Source: Candidatus Dormibacter sp. (GTDB lineage: Bacteria; Chloroflexota; Dormibacteria; Aeolococcales; Aeolococcaceae). Taken from it: a stretch of DNA of 64,000 nt. Positions 55,601 through 64,000 of the stretch are shown here, piece by piece. Made by a program: the position numbers and the translations under genes. Each line of letters opens with the position of its first letter. The first letter of the stretch is position 1. The notes under the pieces are model-generated. The model was not told where the DNA came from. It ran no database searches and saw nothing but the letters and a program-made list of their open reading frames with translations. Where the stretch lies: NCBI GenBank assembly GCA_039935655.1, contig JBDTJX010000008.1, positions 74,174 through 138,173 of the forward strand, in the 5' to 3' direction.

Positions 55601-56196
55601 ACCTGGTCGCCGAACCACTCCGCGCGCCAGGGCCGGGCGCGGTCGAGCCCAAACACGTCGACGATGCCACCGCGCACCGCGATCTCACCGGGGCCCGAGA
55701 CCGCGCTGACCCGACGGTAGCCAAGGTCGACGGCACGGCGGATGAAGTCGTCGCGCGAGTGTCGCTCCCCGCTGCGCAGGCGCATCGACTCGCCGCGGAC
55801 AAGGTCGACCGGCAGCGCCGGCCTGAGCAATCCCGCAGGCGAGGCCACGATCAGCGGCACGCTCGTCCCGGCGAGCAGGGTCAGCGACGCAAGGCGGCGT
55901 CGGGTGACCTCCTCGGACGGAGGGACGCGGTCGAACGGCGGCGTGTCGGCGGCGGGGAACAGACCCAGGGCCGCGGTGCCCCCCCACAACGCCGCATCGC
56001 TGCTGAGCGACTCGGCGTTGGCTCCGACCAGCACCACGGGGAGCCCGGTGGCCTCGCGGAGCCACCACGCGACCAACGCCACGGCTCCGCCAGGCACGCC
56101 GCCGACGACGCCTCGCTCCATGTCGCGTAGCGCCCGCAGCGTCGCGACGCCGTCCAGCCGCGAGCGCAGCGTGGCCACGTCAGTCGTCAGGGGCAC
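52672..56196 (-). CDS. mfd: Transcription-repair coupling factor
   Basis: RGGIVDVF, VVHRDHGIG, GDVGFGKT, DEEQRFG, SATPIPRT, QLRGRVGR. Confidence 0.97.
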   Translation of the reverse strand: MPLTTDVATLRSRLDGVATLRALRDMERGVVGGVPGGAVALVAWWLREATGLPVVLVGANAESLSSDAALWGGTAALGLFPAADTPPFDRVPPSEEVTRRRLASLTLLAGTSVPLIVASPAGLLRPALPVDLVRGESMRLRSGERHSRDDFIRRAVDLGYRRVSAVSGPGEIAVRGGIVDVFGLDRARPWRAEWFGDQVDELRAFDVETQTSVAKLTEVAIWPARELDLRAATVERAVAAVDLLDVSVCRPEVREAWERDRAQLGEGVYDEGVDLFYPYLVGDSPATLLDHAGDDAIVLLAGGAEALLRAAQRHADEIEGLRTQEEERGELPAGARTGLLAPQHLLTALERRRCIDLVREPDGDAVLGWRGVDGFGGRMSAFSGAVRARTGAGAAVLVVSRQQHRVEELVREDGLDPVDVDELDAAATEVVAGALAVTGGDLSQGFSAGDAAFDVYTDHELFGVVKRRGSPLARGARRAESTSARGARRAASDSSAHRAFVMQFAPGDVVVHRDHGIGRFLEMRTVSDALGEHEYMTIEYADGDKLFVPVDHLDRVDRYVGGADSNPHLSRLGSGEWERVKRRVKERTEEVARELLTLYSRREMAHGHAFTPDGTWQRELEESFPYQETPDQEMVLDEIKRDMESSRPMDRVVCGDVGFGKTELALRAAFKAASEGRQVALLVPTTVLAQQHFLTFSERLTPFPITVRQLSRFCSDADIAATLTGLRSGAVDIVVGTHRLLQRDVEFSNLGLVIIDEEQRFGVLQKERFKSLRVAVDVLSLSATPIPRTLHMSLAGIRDLSVIQTPPEERQPIKTYVTAREASLVREVVTRELARSGQVFYLHNRVQTIEKHADELRGLIPEARIAVGHGQMPEHSLAEVMRAFGEGEIDVLVCTTIIESGLDIPNANTIVINDAHRLGLAQLYQLRGRVGRAGQRAYAYLLYPPDRSLTEKADKRLDVIGELQDLGAGFKLAMHDLEIRGAGNLLGEEQHGEIAAVGLELYNTLLRQAVTALQGKPLVESPAQVSVSLPVKAFLPVNYVTDERLRLRCYQDLAACATEADLERTARGLVDRFGPLPQPAEALVYSLRARLLAAAGGVTAVESGAGGVRVQLAIDHGLDLPALVRQWSSQATATATRIMVTTEPVRRGIDWREVLLGVLRELGRLQRVRARVPA

Positions 56197-56755
56197 GGTT
56201 GTACTCGCTCATGGCGCTGTCGAGGCCGCTTCGCACCAGGGCCATCACCGCGTCGGCGGCGCGCGGGATGACCACGGCCAGGCGCTCGCGTTCGTCAGGC
56301 GTGAAACGATCGAGGACGTAGTCGACCATCTGATCGCGGTCGGGCGGACGCGACACGCCGATTCGCACCCGCATGAACTCCTGGGTCCGCAGCGCGTCGG
56401 CGATGGACAACACCCCCTTCTGTCCGGCCGCGCCCCCGCCCCGTTTCAGTCTGATCCGGCCGAGCGGCAGGTCCACGTCGTCGTGCACCACGACCAGGTC
56501 TGCGGGGGGCACGCCGTACCTGCGCAGCAGGTGCACCGCTGCGCGCCCGGAGACGTTCATGTACGTCTGCGGCCGGGCGGTCACCACGTCGTAGCCGTCG
56601 ATGGAGCCCTCGCGGACCTTTGCCGGGCCCTCGCGGCGCTGCCGGCCAAAGCGTCCGCGCGCCTCGAGCTCATCGAGAGCCATCCAGCCGACGTTGTGCC
56701 GCGTGCTGCGGTATTCGCCGCCGGGGTTGCCCAGCCCGAGGATGAGCGCGGCCAC
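56180..56755 (-). CDS. pth: Peptidyl-tRNA hydrolase
   Basis: GLGNPG, TRHNVG, PQTYMN, HDDVD; upstream of mfd. Confidence 0.95.
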   Translation of the reverse strand: MAALILGLGNPGGEYRSTRHNVGWMALDELEARGRFGRQRREGPAKVREGSIDGYDVVTARPQTYMNVSGRAAVHLLRRYGVPPADLVVVHDDVDLPLGRIRLKRGGGAAGQKGVLSIADALRTQEFMRVRIGVSRPPDRDQMVDYVLDRFTPDERERLAVVIPRAADAVMALVRSGLDSAMSEYNRAPDD

Positions 56756-56756
56756 C

Positions 56757-57206
56757 TCACTCCGCCCCGGCAACCAGGTCGGGCACGGAGCGGCCGGGCA
56801 GAAGCCGGCGGGTTGCTTGCGTCATCGCCGCCGCCTCCGCCGCCCCGGCGTGGTCGTGGCCGAGGCAATGGAGCAGCCCGTGGACCGCGAGCAGCTCAAG
56901 CTCTGCGGCGCCGTCGCCGGCTGCCTGAGCCAGCGCGCGCTCAACACTGATGGCAACGTCGCCGACGCGGTCGGGCTCGTCCGACGGAAAGGCGAGCACG
57001 TCGGTGGCCGCGGCGTCGCCGAGGAAACGGGCGTTGAGGTCGCACAGCTCAGCGTCATCGGTGAGCCGGACGGTCATCGTCAGCCTGGCGCCGACGCCAA
57101 GCGAGTCCCCGCAACGACGCAGAAGCGGACCCAGCTGGGCGCGCTGAATCGCCTCGCGTTGTGCCGCGAGGGTGACGGTCTCGGCACGCCGGATGGTCAC
57201 GCGCAT
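56757..57206 (-). CDS. ybeY: rRNA maturation endoribonuclease YbeY
   Basis: TDVLAF, HGLLHCLGHDH. Confidence 0.9.
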   Translation of the reverse strand: MRVTIRRAETVTLAAQREAIQRAQLGPLLRRCGDSLGVGARLTMTVRLTDDAELCDLNARFLGDAAATDVLAFPSDEPDRVGDVAISVERALAQAAGDGAAELELLAVHGLLHCLGHDHAGAAEAAAMTQATRRLLPGRSVPDLVAGAE

Positions 57207-57243
57207 GAGGGATGCGATGAACAACCATCGCCTCTGCACACCA

Positions 57244-57277
57244 AGCCCCACGCGAGCGCGGAGCGACGCGTGGGGCT
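57244..57277. terminator. GC-rich hairpin after rpsU (terminator or processing site)
   Basis: 11-bp inverted repeat AGCCCCACGCG/CGCGTGGGGCT; no U-tract. Confidence 0.4.
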
Positions 57278-57293
57278 GGTCGCGACAGCTGGG

Positions 57294-57476
57294 TCAGCCG
57301 GCTTTGGCGCGACGCTTCTTGGCGGCGACGAGCTTGCGCTTGCGGCGGACCGAGGGCTTTTCGTAATGCTCACGGCGACGTACCTCCGAGAGGATGCCGT
57401 TCTGCTTGATCTTCTTGTTGAAGCGTCGCAGAGCGCTCTCAAAGGTCTCGCCTTCGCGGACTTTGACCTCCGACAC
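57294..57476 (-). CDS. rpsU: 30S ribosomal protein S21
   Basis: [15 protein letters not shown]; AAGGAGGT upstream. Confidence 0.96.
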   Translation of the reverse strand: MSEVKVREGETFESALRRFNKKIKQNGILSEVRRREHYEKPSVRRKRKLVAAKKRRAKAG

Positions 57477-57592
57477 GGTCGGGAATCACCTCCTTCGGGC
57501 CACCCGTTGGGCAGCAGGAATCGATCAGAGACAAGGGTTGTTCTCGCTGCAATTGTACTCGGAGCCCGGGAACGCCGTCCCTGGCCCCCGAT

Positions 57593-58915
57593 TCAGCCGC
57601 CAACGGTGACAGCCGTCCCCGGCTGCACCTGCGGATTGCCGCTGTCAGAGCCGTCGCCGTGGTTCGCTGGTCCCGTATGCGACGGCCGCAGCATCACTGC
57701 GGCGGCCACCCCGGCGATGACGTTGACGATGACGGCCACGGCGAAGGCCACGGGAATGCTGTGCTGCACGACCGGCCCGGCGATAACCGAACCGATGGGC
57801 ATGCCGATGAAGTTCAGGCTCATCGACACAGCGAATGCGCGCCCCATCCAGGCCGGGGCCGTGACGCGCTGCCGCAGCGAGAACATCCCGATGTCATAGG
57901 GACCCTGGGAGATCCCGAAGAGGGCCATCGCCACCGCGACGACGATCAGCCCGCCTCCGACCGCCGCGGCAACAACCATGACCAGCATGCCGAGCGCCCC
58001 CACCACGCAGCCGGCCACGATGAACCACACTTCGCGATCCTCGGAGCCGATCCGGCCCGTGAGAACGCTGGCGGCCAGGCCGGCCACCCCCATCACGGCG
58101 TACATCGCGCCCACCTCCGCATCACCGGCGTGGAGAGCGGACAGCACCAGCACCGGCATGCCGACGCTGATGATGCCGAAGGCGATGTTCGACACGGCGG
58201 TGGCGACGGCGATGCCACGGAGCTCGCGGTGGTGCAGGACATAGCGCAGGCCGGCAAGCGCGTCACCGGCGAGCGATCCGGACGCCATGCGTTCGACGTC
58301 CGGTTCACCGACGCCGAGCAGGAGGAACAGCGCCATCGCGTACAGGGCGGCGGTGGCCAGCAGTGCCCCCTGGGCACCGACCAACCCGAGGAGCACACCG
58401 GCGATGCCCGGACCGGCGATGGAGGCGACCACATAGCCACTGCTGTCGACGGCATTGGCTCGTTCCCAGAGCGCGCGCGGCACCATCACAGGGAACAGCG
58501 ATCGCGTCCCCGAATTGCTCAGCGGATTGGTCAACGAGCCCACGGCGACCACCAGGAGCAGCGCGGCGGCGGAGAGATGGCCGGCCACGTCGAGCACGGT
58601 GATCAGGGTGAGGACGGTGGCGGCGATGGCATAGTCGAGGCCGATCAGCAACATCCGCCGGTGCCGGTCGAGCAGCGCGCCGGTCACTGGGCTGATCAGC
58701 AGGCCCGGGACGATGCTGAGGAAGACCACAACGCCGGCAAGAGGCGGGGAATGGAAGCGCGCCAGCACGAACAGCACCAGCACCAACGCCTGCATGGCCG
58801 CACCGGTCCGGGCCACCACCGTGGCTGCGGCGACTCGTCGGAAACCGGGCACGGCGAAGAGGCCGCGGTACGTCACGGGTGGGTTGATTGGGTCCACTCC
58901 ACCACGCTGCCACAT
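57593..58915 (-). CDS. MFS transporter
   Basis: About 12 hydrophobic segments, GALLDRHRR motif A, MGRAFA. Confidence 0.88.
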   Translation of the reverse strand: MWQRGGVDPINPPVTYRGLFAVPGFRRVAAATVVARTGAAMQALVLVLFVLARFHSPPLAGVVVFLSIVPGLLISPVTGALLDRHRRMLLIGLDYAIAATVLTLITVLDVAGHLSAAALLLVVAVGSLTNPLSNSGTRSLFPVMVPRALWERANAVDSSGYVVASIAGPGIAGVLLGLVGAQGALLATAALYAMALFLLLGVGEPDVERMASGSLAGDALAGLRYVLHHRELRGIAVATAVSNIAFGIISVGMPVLVLSALHAGDAEVGAMYAVMGVAGLAASVLTGRIGSEDREVWFIVAGCVVGALGMLVMVVAAAVGGGLIVVAVAMALFGISQGPYDIGMFSLRQRVTAPAWMGRAFAVSMSLNFIGMPIGSVIAGPVVQHSIPVAFAVAVIVNVIAGVAAAVMLRPSHTGPANHGDGSDSGNPQVQPGTAVTVGG

Positions 58916-58947
58916 CGGGGATGACGGCTGTCGTGTAACGGGCGGCG

Positions 58948-59222
58948 TCAGGTCACCGCGCGCCCGTGCCGGCGCTCGCCCCCGGCGAAGCGCTGTGCAC
59001 CGAGGCCAGTTTCGCCGCTGTTGATGACCGCGATGCCGCGGCGTGATTCATTGCGAAACGCGGCGGCGCCTGTCAACGACCATCGTTCGTATGCCGATAT
59101 CTTGGCCAACGGTGCGCGCCAGCCTGATGGTGCCCCCATCCATCGATGGCTTTGCGCAGTTGTGGGCGATCGATGGTCACCGTCACGACGGCGCCCTCGC
59201 GCTCCTGCCGCACCGTGCTCAT
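58948..59222 (-). pseudogene. Internally deleted enoyl-CoA hydratase (crotonase) remnant
   Basis: N-terminus MSTVRQEREGAVVTVTIDRPQLRKAIDG; C-terminus SAYERWSL...GAQRFAGGERRHG* in another frame. Confidence 0.7.
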
Positions 59223-59315
59223 GCCGCGATGTTCTCGCGAAGGGCGGACCGTCGTCCGGGGGACGCCCGGCCGCGACGCGGTGGCCTGCGTCGGTGTACG
59301 CTTGCAGGCTACGGC

Positions 59316-59327
59316 GTACATCCGTTC
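59316..59327. promoter_or_regulatory. Candidate LexA (SOS) box upstream of the helicase-nuclease
   Basis: GTAC-ATCC-GTTC, downstream of a TACGCT -10-like hexamer at 59297-59302. Confidence 0.55.
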
Positions 59328-59352
59328 GCCGCATACGCCCGAGGATCCCTGT

Positions 59353-62205
59353 GTGGTGACAAGGCCGGCTCTCGATCCCGACCAGCGCGCGGCCGTCGCA
59401 CACCGTGAGGGCCCCTGCCTGGTGCTCGCCGGCCCGGGCAGTGGCAAGACCCACGTGATCGTGGAGCGGTTCCTCGCCCTCGTCGGGGAGGGGATCGGGC
59501 CGGCGCAACAACTGGTGCTGACCTACACACGCAAGGCAGCCGCGGAGATGCGTTCGCGAGCGGAGGAGGCCAATGGTCCGTTCGCCGGCGAGCCACCTCT
59601 GTGCAACTACCACTCCTTCGCCGGCCGGCTGGTGCGGGAGTGGGGCTGGCTGGCGGGGATCTCCCCCGCCTTTCGCATCGCCGACGAGGCCGAACGCTGG
59701 TTGCACCTGGAGGCGGTGCTGGCCGAGCTCAAGCCGCGCACCCTCTGGAACCCGCTGCGCCCTCACGATCTGATCGACTCAATCCTCGACATCATCGGCA
59801 AGGCCAAGCAGGAGTTGGTGACGCCGGCGCGGTACGCGCAGTGGGCCGACGCCGAGCTGGCTACGTGCAACGACCCGGCTGAGCGCGCGCTGCTCGAGCG
59901 CCAGGCTGAGCTCGCCGCCGTGTACGGCGCGCTCGATGAGCGCTACCTGCGTAACGCTGTCCTCGACCACGACGACACCATCCTTCGTGCCGAGCAGCTG
60001 CTGCGCGAGCACGACGCGCCACGCCGCGCCGTGTGCGACGCCATCGAGTACGTCATGGTCGACGAGTATCAGGACACCAATTACGCGCAGGCGCGGCTGG
60101 TCGAGACGCTGGTGGCCTCTCACCGAAACATCCTCGTGGTGGCCGACGACGACCAGGCGATCTACAAGTTCCGCGGAGCCAGCCTCGCCAACCTCGATCG
60201 CTTTTCGCGCACCTACCCCGAGCATGCCGGCGTCACGCTGTCGCACAACTACCGAAGCACAGCGGCGATCGTGGCGGCATCGCAGTCGGTGATCGGCGCA
60301 GCCAACCCCGCGTCGCGTATCGCCAAGACCCTGCTGGCCGAACGCGGTGACGGCGATGCGGTGGAGCTCTGGGAGGCCGCCGACGAGCGCAGTGAGGTGC
60401 TCGGCGTCGCGTCGGAGTGCCGGCTGCTCATCGATGCCGGGGTGCGCGCCGCGGACATCGCATGGCTCTTCCGCCGCCACGCCGACATGCGGGCCGCCGT
60501 CGGCGCGCTCCGCGAAGTTGGCGTGCCCTACCAGGTGCAGGGCGGACGAGGCTTCTTCACGCAGCCGGAGATCAAGGACATGCTCGCGCTGCTCGGGGCC
60601 GCCGCCGACCCGTCCGACTCGCAGGCGGTCCTGCGCTGTCTGCAGATGCCGTCATGGAAGGTCAGTAACCGCGGCCGGCTGGCGCTGGTGAAGCTGTGCG
60701 GCGAGAACGACGCCCCGCTGCTCACGGTGGTCCGTGACGGCAACGGCTGCGACCTCGACGCGCACGACTCTGCCGGTGCCTCGCGCTGCATCGCGGACAT
60801 CGAGGCACTCCATGCGATGAGCGCGCGCGAGGATGTCCGCGAGATCTTCTACGAAGCCCTCGAGCGCAGCGACTTTCTCGGCCTGCTCGATCTCCAGGCC
60901 GAGCTGGCCCGAATGCAGACCGGAGCCAACCTCAACAAGTTCGGCGAGTTGCTCGAGTCGTTCGCCGATTGGAGCGACGATCGGCGCCTGACCACGGCCC
61001 TCCATTACCTCGACGTGCTTCGCAACAGCCGTCACGCCGACGAGCTTGCCGGCATCGAGGCCACCGACGACGGCGTCGTCCTGGTCACCGCCCATTCAGC
61101 CAAGGGCCTGGAGTGGCCGGTGGTGGTCATCTCCAGCTGTGTCGAGGCGCGCTGGCCGGGACGTGCGGGGCAGGCGCGGTCGGCGCTGACGCTGCCGGGC
61201 GCGCTCGTCCCCGAGATTCCGCCGCCCGGCGACGCCGTCATCGACGAGGAGCGCCGTCTGTTCTACGTGGCGGCCACCCGCGCTCGCGATCGCCTGGTGC
61301 TGTCGCGCGCTCGCCGCTACCCGCAGAGCTTTCGGGACGAGGGCCCCTCCCCCTTCCTCACGCCGGTTGCCGCGGGAGACTCGGTGCGCTGTCGCGAGGT
61401 GCCCCGAGCCGCCCCACTGAACCCGCGTCCGGCGCGCGCCCCAGGCGGGGTGACGACCGAGCGCCTCTCGCTCGGAGTTTCTGACATCCGTGTCTATAAG
61501 CAGTGCCCCCGCCGTTTCGAGTACCGGCGCCGCTACCACATGCCGGTGCGCGACTCGCTGCAGAGCTGGTACGGCACGCTCATCCATTCCGTGCTGCAGA
61601 ACGCGGCGATGCGCCGCAAGGCCGGCGAGACTGTCACCGACGAAACGGTGGCCGCGATCTGGAATGACGCGTGGGCGGTATCGCGTGGGCCGAAGGGCAG
61701 CAACCCCGAACTGCGCGAGCTCGGCGAGCGGCAGCTGCGACGGTATGCGTGCACGGACGCGTGGCGCGCCGCGGAGGTGGAATCCGTCGAGCAGACGTTC
61801 AGCCTTGCCCTTGACCACGCCGACGTCCACGGTCGCTGGGACCGGCTCGACGCCGGCGCCGGCGGCGCGGTCACCGTCGTCGACTACAAGACCGGGCCGC
61901 CGCGCGACGAGGAGCGGCTGCGCAAGGACATCCAGGTGCGCGCCTACGCGGTTGCGCTGTCGCGGAGGGATCGCACCGATGACGTCGCCGTCGAGCTGCA
62001 CCACCTGCAGACCGCCGAGGTGACGCGGATCGAGTTCACGCGTGACCAGCTCGACACCTCGTACCGGTATCTCTCCGTCACCGCGCGTGACATGGCGGCG
62101 GCGTGGCGCGACGGTGTGTTCCCTCCCCATCCGTCGACGTGGCAATGCCCGCGATGCGAGTACCGCACGGTGTGCGACGAGGGTCGCGGCGTCGAAGACG
62201 GCTGA
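59353..62205 (+). CDS. UvrD/PcrA-like helicase fused to PD-(D/E)xK nuclease with four Cys
   Basis: AGPGSGKT, VDEYQD, HSAKGLEW, EERRLFYVAATRA, DRLD...DYKTG; C...CxxC-x5-C. Confidence 0.92.
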   Translation: MVTRPALDPDQRAAVAHREGPCLVLAGPGSGKTHVIVERFLALVGEGIGPAQQLVLTYTRKAAAEMRSRAEEANGPFAGEPPLCNYHSFAGRLVREWGWLAGISPAFRIADEAERWLHLEAVLAELKPRTLWNPLRPHDLIDSILDIIGKAKQELVTPARYAQWADAELATCNDPAERALLERQAELAAVYGALDERYLRNAVLDHDDTILRAEQLLREHDAPRRAVCDAIEYVMVDEYQDTNYAQARLVETLVASHRNILVVADDDQAIYKFRGASLANLDRFSRTYPEHAGVTLSHNYRSTAAIVAASQSVIGAANPASRIAKTLLAERGDGDAVELWEAADERSEVLGVASECRLLIDAGVRAADIAWLFRRHADMRAAVGALREVGVPYQVQGGRGFFTQPEIKDMLALLGAAADPSDSQAVLRCLQMPSWKVSNRGRLALVKLCGENDAPLLTVVRDGNGCDLDAHDSAGASRCIADIEALHAMSAREDVREIFYEALERSDFLGLLDLQAELARMQTGANLNKFGELLESFADWSDDRRLTTALHYLDVLRNSRHADELAGIEATDDGVVLVTAHSAKGLEWPVVVISSCVEARWPGRAGQARSALTLPGALVPEIPPPGDAVIDEERRLFYVAATRARDRLVLSRARRYPQSFRDEGPSPFLTPVAAGDSVRCREVPRAAPLNPRPARAPGGVTTERLSLGVSDIRVYKQCPRRFEYRRRYHMPVRDSLQSWYGTLIHSVLQNAAMRRKAGETVTDETVAAIWNDAWAVSRGPKGSNPELRELGERQLRRYACTDAWRAAEVESVEQTFSLALDHADVHGRWDRLDAGAGGAVTVVDYKTGPPRDEERLRKDIQVRAYAVALSRRDRTDDVAVELHHLQTAEVTRIEFTRDQLDTSYRYLSVTARDMAAAWRDGVFPPHPSTWQCPRCEYRTVCDEGRGVEDG

Positions 62206-62221
62206 CTGACCGCAGCGCGGG

Positions 62222-62650
62222 TCAGGCGACGGCCGTCCAGCGCCTCCAGTCAGGAGCGCCGGTGATCGGCCCCTCGGGCTCGACGTCCTCGGGCAACTCG
62301 GTGCGCCACGGGAGCATGAGGTCAAAGACGATCTCCTGGATGGTCCAGAGGATGTCCATGATCTCGGTGATCTTGACCTGGCGCCGCCCGATCGCCTCCT
62401 CGACGATCGCCAGTGCTTCCCGGTCGCCGGTCTTGGACACGGCGCTGCGCGCGAACGCGAACACATCCTCGGCCCGCGACTTCAGGTCGGCGGGTGTTTC
62501 CTTGATGCTCTGGAGGTGAATCTCCTCGCAGGCACTGATCACCTCGTCGACACGTTCGACCAGCCGGCGAAGCCGGGTGCGCTCGACCATTTCCCGGTGA
62601 TGGCGCTTACGCGCTTCATGCACCTCCTGGGTCGCATCCTCGATCAACAA
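62222..62650 (-). CDS. Hypothetical helical protein divergent from LysR
   Basis: AAGGAG 7 nt before TTG 62650; charged helical sequence. Confidence 0.7.
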   Translation of the reverse strand: MLIEDATQEVHEARKRHHREMVERTRLRRLVERVDEVISACEEIHLQSIKETPADLKSRAEDVFAFARSAVSKTGDREALAIVEEAIGRRQVKITEIMDILWTIQEIVFDLMLPWRTELPEDVEPEGPITGAPDWRRWTAVA

Positions 62651-62778
62651 TTCAAATCTCCTTGGGTTGATGCCTCGATTGCTGACATTGGGGCTGTCGA
62701 CATTCGGGTCACCACGTGCCTCGAGATTACCCCGGCGTGCCATTGACATCAAGAGCACATTTCGGGTCAGATTGTTGC

Positions 62779-63693
62779 ATGGATCGCATCAATGCTGACA
62801 GCCTTCGGACCTTTGTCGAAGTGGCCCGGGTGGAGCACCTCGGCCGGGCTTCGGAGGCTCTTCAGGCAGATCCCTCAACGGTCAGCCGTAAGATCGCGCG
62901 GCTCGAGCAGGAGATCGGCGTCCCTCTGTTTGAACGTATCGGACGCTCCATACGCCTCACGCAAGCCGGGAAACGGTTCGTCGGGCGGGCCGAACGTCTG
63001 CTCGACGACCTCCGTGACGCGGTGGCCGACGCCGAGGGCGCCGTGTCCGCGGAGTCGGGCGAGGTGCGCGTCGGATTCCTGCACACCGTCGGCGCCCGCT
63101 GGCTGCCGGAGAGGCTGGCCCGCTTCCTGCGCGCCCACCCCGGGGTGCGGTTCACCCTCGAGGAGGGCACGACGGCCGAGGTGGCCAGCGGCGTGCTCGC
63201 CGGCGACTTCGACCTTGGCATCCTCGGCCCACCACCGTTGAACACCCCCGACCTTGAGATGGTGCCCCTTTTCAGAGAGCGGGTGGCGGTGGTGGTGCCG
63301 ATCGGCCACAGGCTCACCGGGCGCAGCTCGTGCGCGCTCACCGACCTCGCCGACGAACCGCTGATCCTGCCCCGGTCGCGCAGCGGGCTGCGCAAGGTCA
63401 TCGACGACGCCTTCGCGGCCCAGGGCCTGACCACCAAGGTCGCCTACGAGGGGGACGACTTCAGCATTGTCCAGGGGCTCGTTGAAGCGGGCCTGGGCAT
63501 CACGCTGATGCCGATGCCGCTCCCGGCGCCGTCGGCCCAGGTCGTGGTCATACCGCTTCGGGACCCACCGATCGCCCGGACCATGGCCCTGGTGTGGGAT
63601 CGCCGGCGCACGCTGCCACCGGCGGCGCTCCTCTTCTCCCGTGGCCTGGTCACCGAGGTTGGCGACCCGTTCGACCCGCCACCGGGCGGCTGA
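62779..63693 (+). CDS. LysR-family transcriptional regulator
   Basis: HTH STVSRKIARLEQEIGVPLFER...LTQAG; substrate-binding domain VEAGLGI. Confidence 0.94.
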   Translation: MDRINADSLRTFVEVARVEHLGRASEALQADPSTVSRKIARLEQEIGVPLFERIGRSIRLTQAGKRFVGRAERLLDDLRDAVADAEGAVSAESGEVRVGFLHTVGARWLPERLARFLRAHPGVRFTLEEGTTAEVASGVLAGDFDLGILGPPPLNTPDLEMVPLFRERVAVVVPIGHRLTGRSSCALTDLADEPLILPRSRSGLRKVIDDAFAAQGLTTKVAYEGDDFSIVQGLVEAGLGITLMPMPLPAPSAQVVVIPLRDPPIARTMALVWDRRRTLPPAALLFSRGLVTEVGDPFDPPPGG

Positions 63694-63729
63694 CGGGCCG
63701 CCCGGTCACCCGCCCCGTACACTCGCCCC

Positions 63730-64000
63730 GTGGCCGCCGTCGTGATCATTGCCGCCGTCCTCGTGCTCGCCGCCGGTGTCGCGGCGATCGCCGGCGCCCG
63801 CCGCCGTCCCTCTCCCAAGGCCGGGGCGCCGCCCCCGCATGACCCGGCCGTGACCGGGACACAGGCGCGTATCGAAGCCGACAGGGCGGTGGCACAGGCC
63901 CGCAACGAGGCACTCGCAGCGCGCGAGGCGGTCCGCGAGGAGGTGCTTGCGCGCCACCAGGCGGTGGAGGCGAGCGACGCACTCCTCGAGGAGCGCGAAC
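63730..64000 (+). CDS. Partial CDS, TM anchor plus coiled coil (RNase Y N-terminus-like)
   Basis: VAAVVIIAAVLVLAAG then ARNEALAAREAVREE...LEERE; TACACT 6 nt before GTG; truncated by window end. Confidence 0.5.
   Translation, partial: MAAVVIIAAVLVLAAGVAAIAGARRRPSPKAGAPPPHDPAVTGTQARIEADRAVAQARNEALAAREAVREEVLARHQAVEASDALLEERE

Noticed and set aside
61470-62205. Cas4-like nuclease suggesting a CRISPR or defence locus
   Set aside because: It is the fused C-terminal domain of a UvrD helicase; no cas1/cas2 or repeat array in the window

Overview
High-GC bacterial core-genome window, mostly on the minus strand. Gene content and order suggest a Terrabacteria lineage, probably Chloroflexota/Ca. Dormibacterota-like (inference only). 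It holds the F1Fo ATP synthase operon (atpD partial), wecA-like/glyA/tsaC/prmC/prfA/DUF1385/rpmE, a radical SAM gene, glpX-like, pyrG, UPF0182, uvrA, two FemABX genes, clpC, rpsA, degV-plsY-like-GT4, clpS-DUF2017, a pan/nad operon, ftsH, tilS, two CAT tRNAs, a decayed IS481, ileS (type 2), divIC-like, mazG, a GAF kinase, mfd, pth, ybeY, rpsU, an MFS transporter, a UvrD-nuclease fusion and a LysR regulator. Main observations: (1) three full-length but apparently catalytically dead enzyme homologues (GlpX, MBL-fold, HtrA) within 4.6 kb beside UPF0182; (2) panD reduced to a 31-codon stub that appears to supply the RBS and coupling for a CTG-initiated nadB; (3) a pseudoknot-capable leader on the pan operon; (4) a mycobacterial-like Fo c/a pair with the A63M-equivalent residue; (5) a DegV plus non-canonical PlsY plus GT4 module; (6) a covarying two-hairpin dispersed repeat; (7) two distant orphan ORFs sharing a motif; (8) SOS-like boxes at uvrA and the helicase-nuclease. 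All family calls come from motif recognition; no database search was run.
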